Positions 38,698 to 39,681 of a DNA stretch of 39,681 nt are shown here, one piece after another. Source of the DNA: Octopus bimaculoides. Its lineage: Eukaryota. The first letter of the stretch is position 1. Each line of letters opens with the position of its first letter. Location of the stretch: the NCBI RefSeq assembly GCF_001194135.2, contig NC_068999.1, forward strand, positions 17,508,195 to 17,547,875, in the 5' to 3' direction. Both the position numbers and the translations under genes were made by a program. Under the pieces are notes generated by a model. It had not been told where the DNA came from, searched no databases, and worked only from the letters and a program-made list of their open reading frames with translations.

Positions 38698-39314
38698 TCC
38701 TCTAATATCTTGTTTTCAATAACGTTTTTATTCACCAATGCAAAGAATGATAAAACTTACGCATTTATACAAACATACATACATGCATGCATACATACAT
38801 AGGTACGTACATACATATATACATATTTCAAGATGGAGTTGCCGTCATATCTCTTACATACATAAAAAGCAATTTTACCCATTTATAATGAAATGTAGAA
38901 TCTCTCTCAAACATACGTACACACACACGCGCACACACACGCACACGCTCTCACTCACACACACACATACACGCACACACACATACATATGCACGTACAG
39001 GGACTTTGTTTTGTGGTTAACTTGATGGGCTGAAGATCCTTATGCTGTGTGTTCGATTCACAGAGGATTTGCATTGTGTTAACTATAAATTATTCCAGTG
39101 GTATTTGGTGGTTATTCGACGATTATTTGTCTAGTTCTGAGATTGCCTTGCAAATCTCAGTCAGAAATCACTAGGATTACTTATGTGGTGGACCCTATGT
39201 CCAAGCCTAATTTTATATATATATTACAATATAAGTGAGATCTTTTTTATTAATTTTGAATTTTGAAATCGCACTGATTTATTGAATAAACTCTGGTTAT
39301 AATCTATTTTACTG

Positions 39315-39340
39315 AATAATAATAGTAATAATAATAATAA
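39315..39340. repeat. (AAT)n tract immediately 5' of the LINE fragment
   Basis: aataataatagtaataataataataac. Confidence 0.9.
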
Positions 39341-39681
39341 CAATCAGAGAGATGGCACCTATATACACGGGTAGCTATGCCAACACTATGGAATAACAAC
39401 AGAAAAAAGATGGTATAAACACACGCCAGAAAAGGTCACAGAAAACGAGAAAGCAATCATAATCTGGGATATGCCAATACATAGATAGAGAAATTAAGGC
39501 CAATAGACCAGTTACAGATGTCAAAGATCACGAAGGAAAAAATGCTTTGTAATTGATGTATCAATACCAGCAGATGACAACGTTTCTCTAAAAGAAATGG
39601 AGAAATTATCAAAATACAAAGACCTGGAAATAGAGGTAACTCGAATATGAAATCTAAAAACAGACACAATACCTATCATAG
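39339..39681 (+). mobile_element. Decayed 5'-truncated non-LTR retrotransposon of the RLE type (R4/Dong-like); C-terminal restriction-like endonuclease region, running off the window end
   Basis: Translation across frameshifts: GTYIHG*LCQHYGITTEKRWYKHTPEKVTENEKAIIIWDMPIH / DREIKANRP / VKDHE / KCFVIDVSIPADDNVSLKEMEKLSKYKDLEIEVTRI*NLKTDTIPII. This matches the characteristic WYxHxPxxVxEN...ILWD...NRPD...LIDVxIP...KExEKxxKY pattern of R4/Dong-clade RLE domains. In-frame stops lie at ~39372 and ~39649. Confidence 0.9.

Noticed and set aside
36760-38700. Alternative genetic code (TAA/TAG=Gln) or a GPCR-like plus-strand frame for the duplicated core
   Set aside because: Shared stops occur in several frames on both strands. 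The substitution pattern in the hydrophobic plus frame (many position-2 changes) is not coding-like. Ordinary decay explains the stops.
39020-39100. Degenerate SINE head (gtgttcgattc)
   Set aside because: Only a B-box-like motif, with no alignable body.
1-39681. CRISPR array, rRNA or prokaryotic operon-like system
   Set aside because: No regularly spaced repeat-spacer units, no rRNA motifs and no gene-dense segment; the sequence is eukaryotic and repeat-rich.

Overview
AT-rich, microsatellite-dense animal genomic DNA from a gapped draft assembly (10 N-gaps, 9 with a simple repeat on at least one flank). The SINE motifs match my recollection of Octopus repeat consensus sequences, so this is probably an octopus scaffold (inference, no search run). 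I found no supportable host protein-coding gene, tRNA, rRNA or CRISPR array; most ORF-track entries are translations of microsatellites or N-runs. Supportable content: (i) tRNA-derived SINEs of at least three types, two with different heads and bodies but a shared 3' tail; (ii) a decayed 5'-truncated R4/Dong-like non-LTR retrotransposon (restriction-like endonuclease region) starting right after an (AAT)n tract at the window end; (iii) a 105-bp, 94%-identical inverted repeat pair 0.9 kb apart; (iv) a small locus with nested inverted and direct copies; (v) an old tandem duplication of at least 1 kb, with a ~75%-identical core and a 67-codon frame open in both copies, of unknown nature; (vi) evidence that bases 1-544 are a misplaced contig belonging in the gap at 1342-2083. 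I cannot claim a new biological system. The best leads are the duplicated coding-like core (36.2-38.7 kb), the inverted repeats and the SINE tail sharing.
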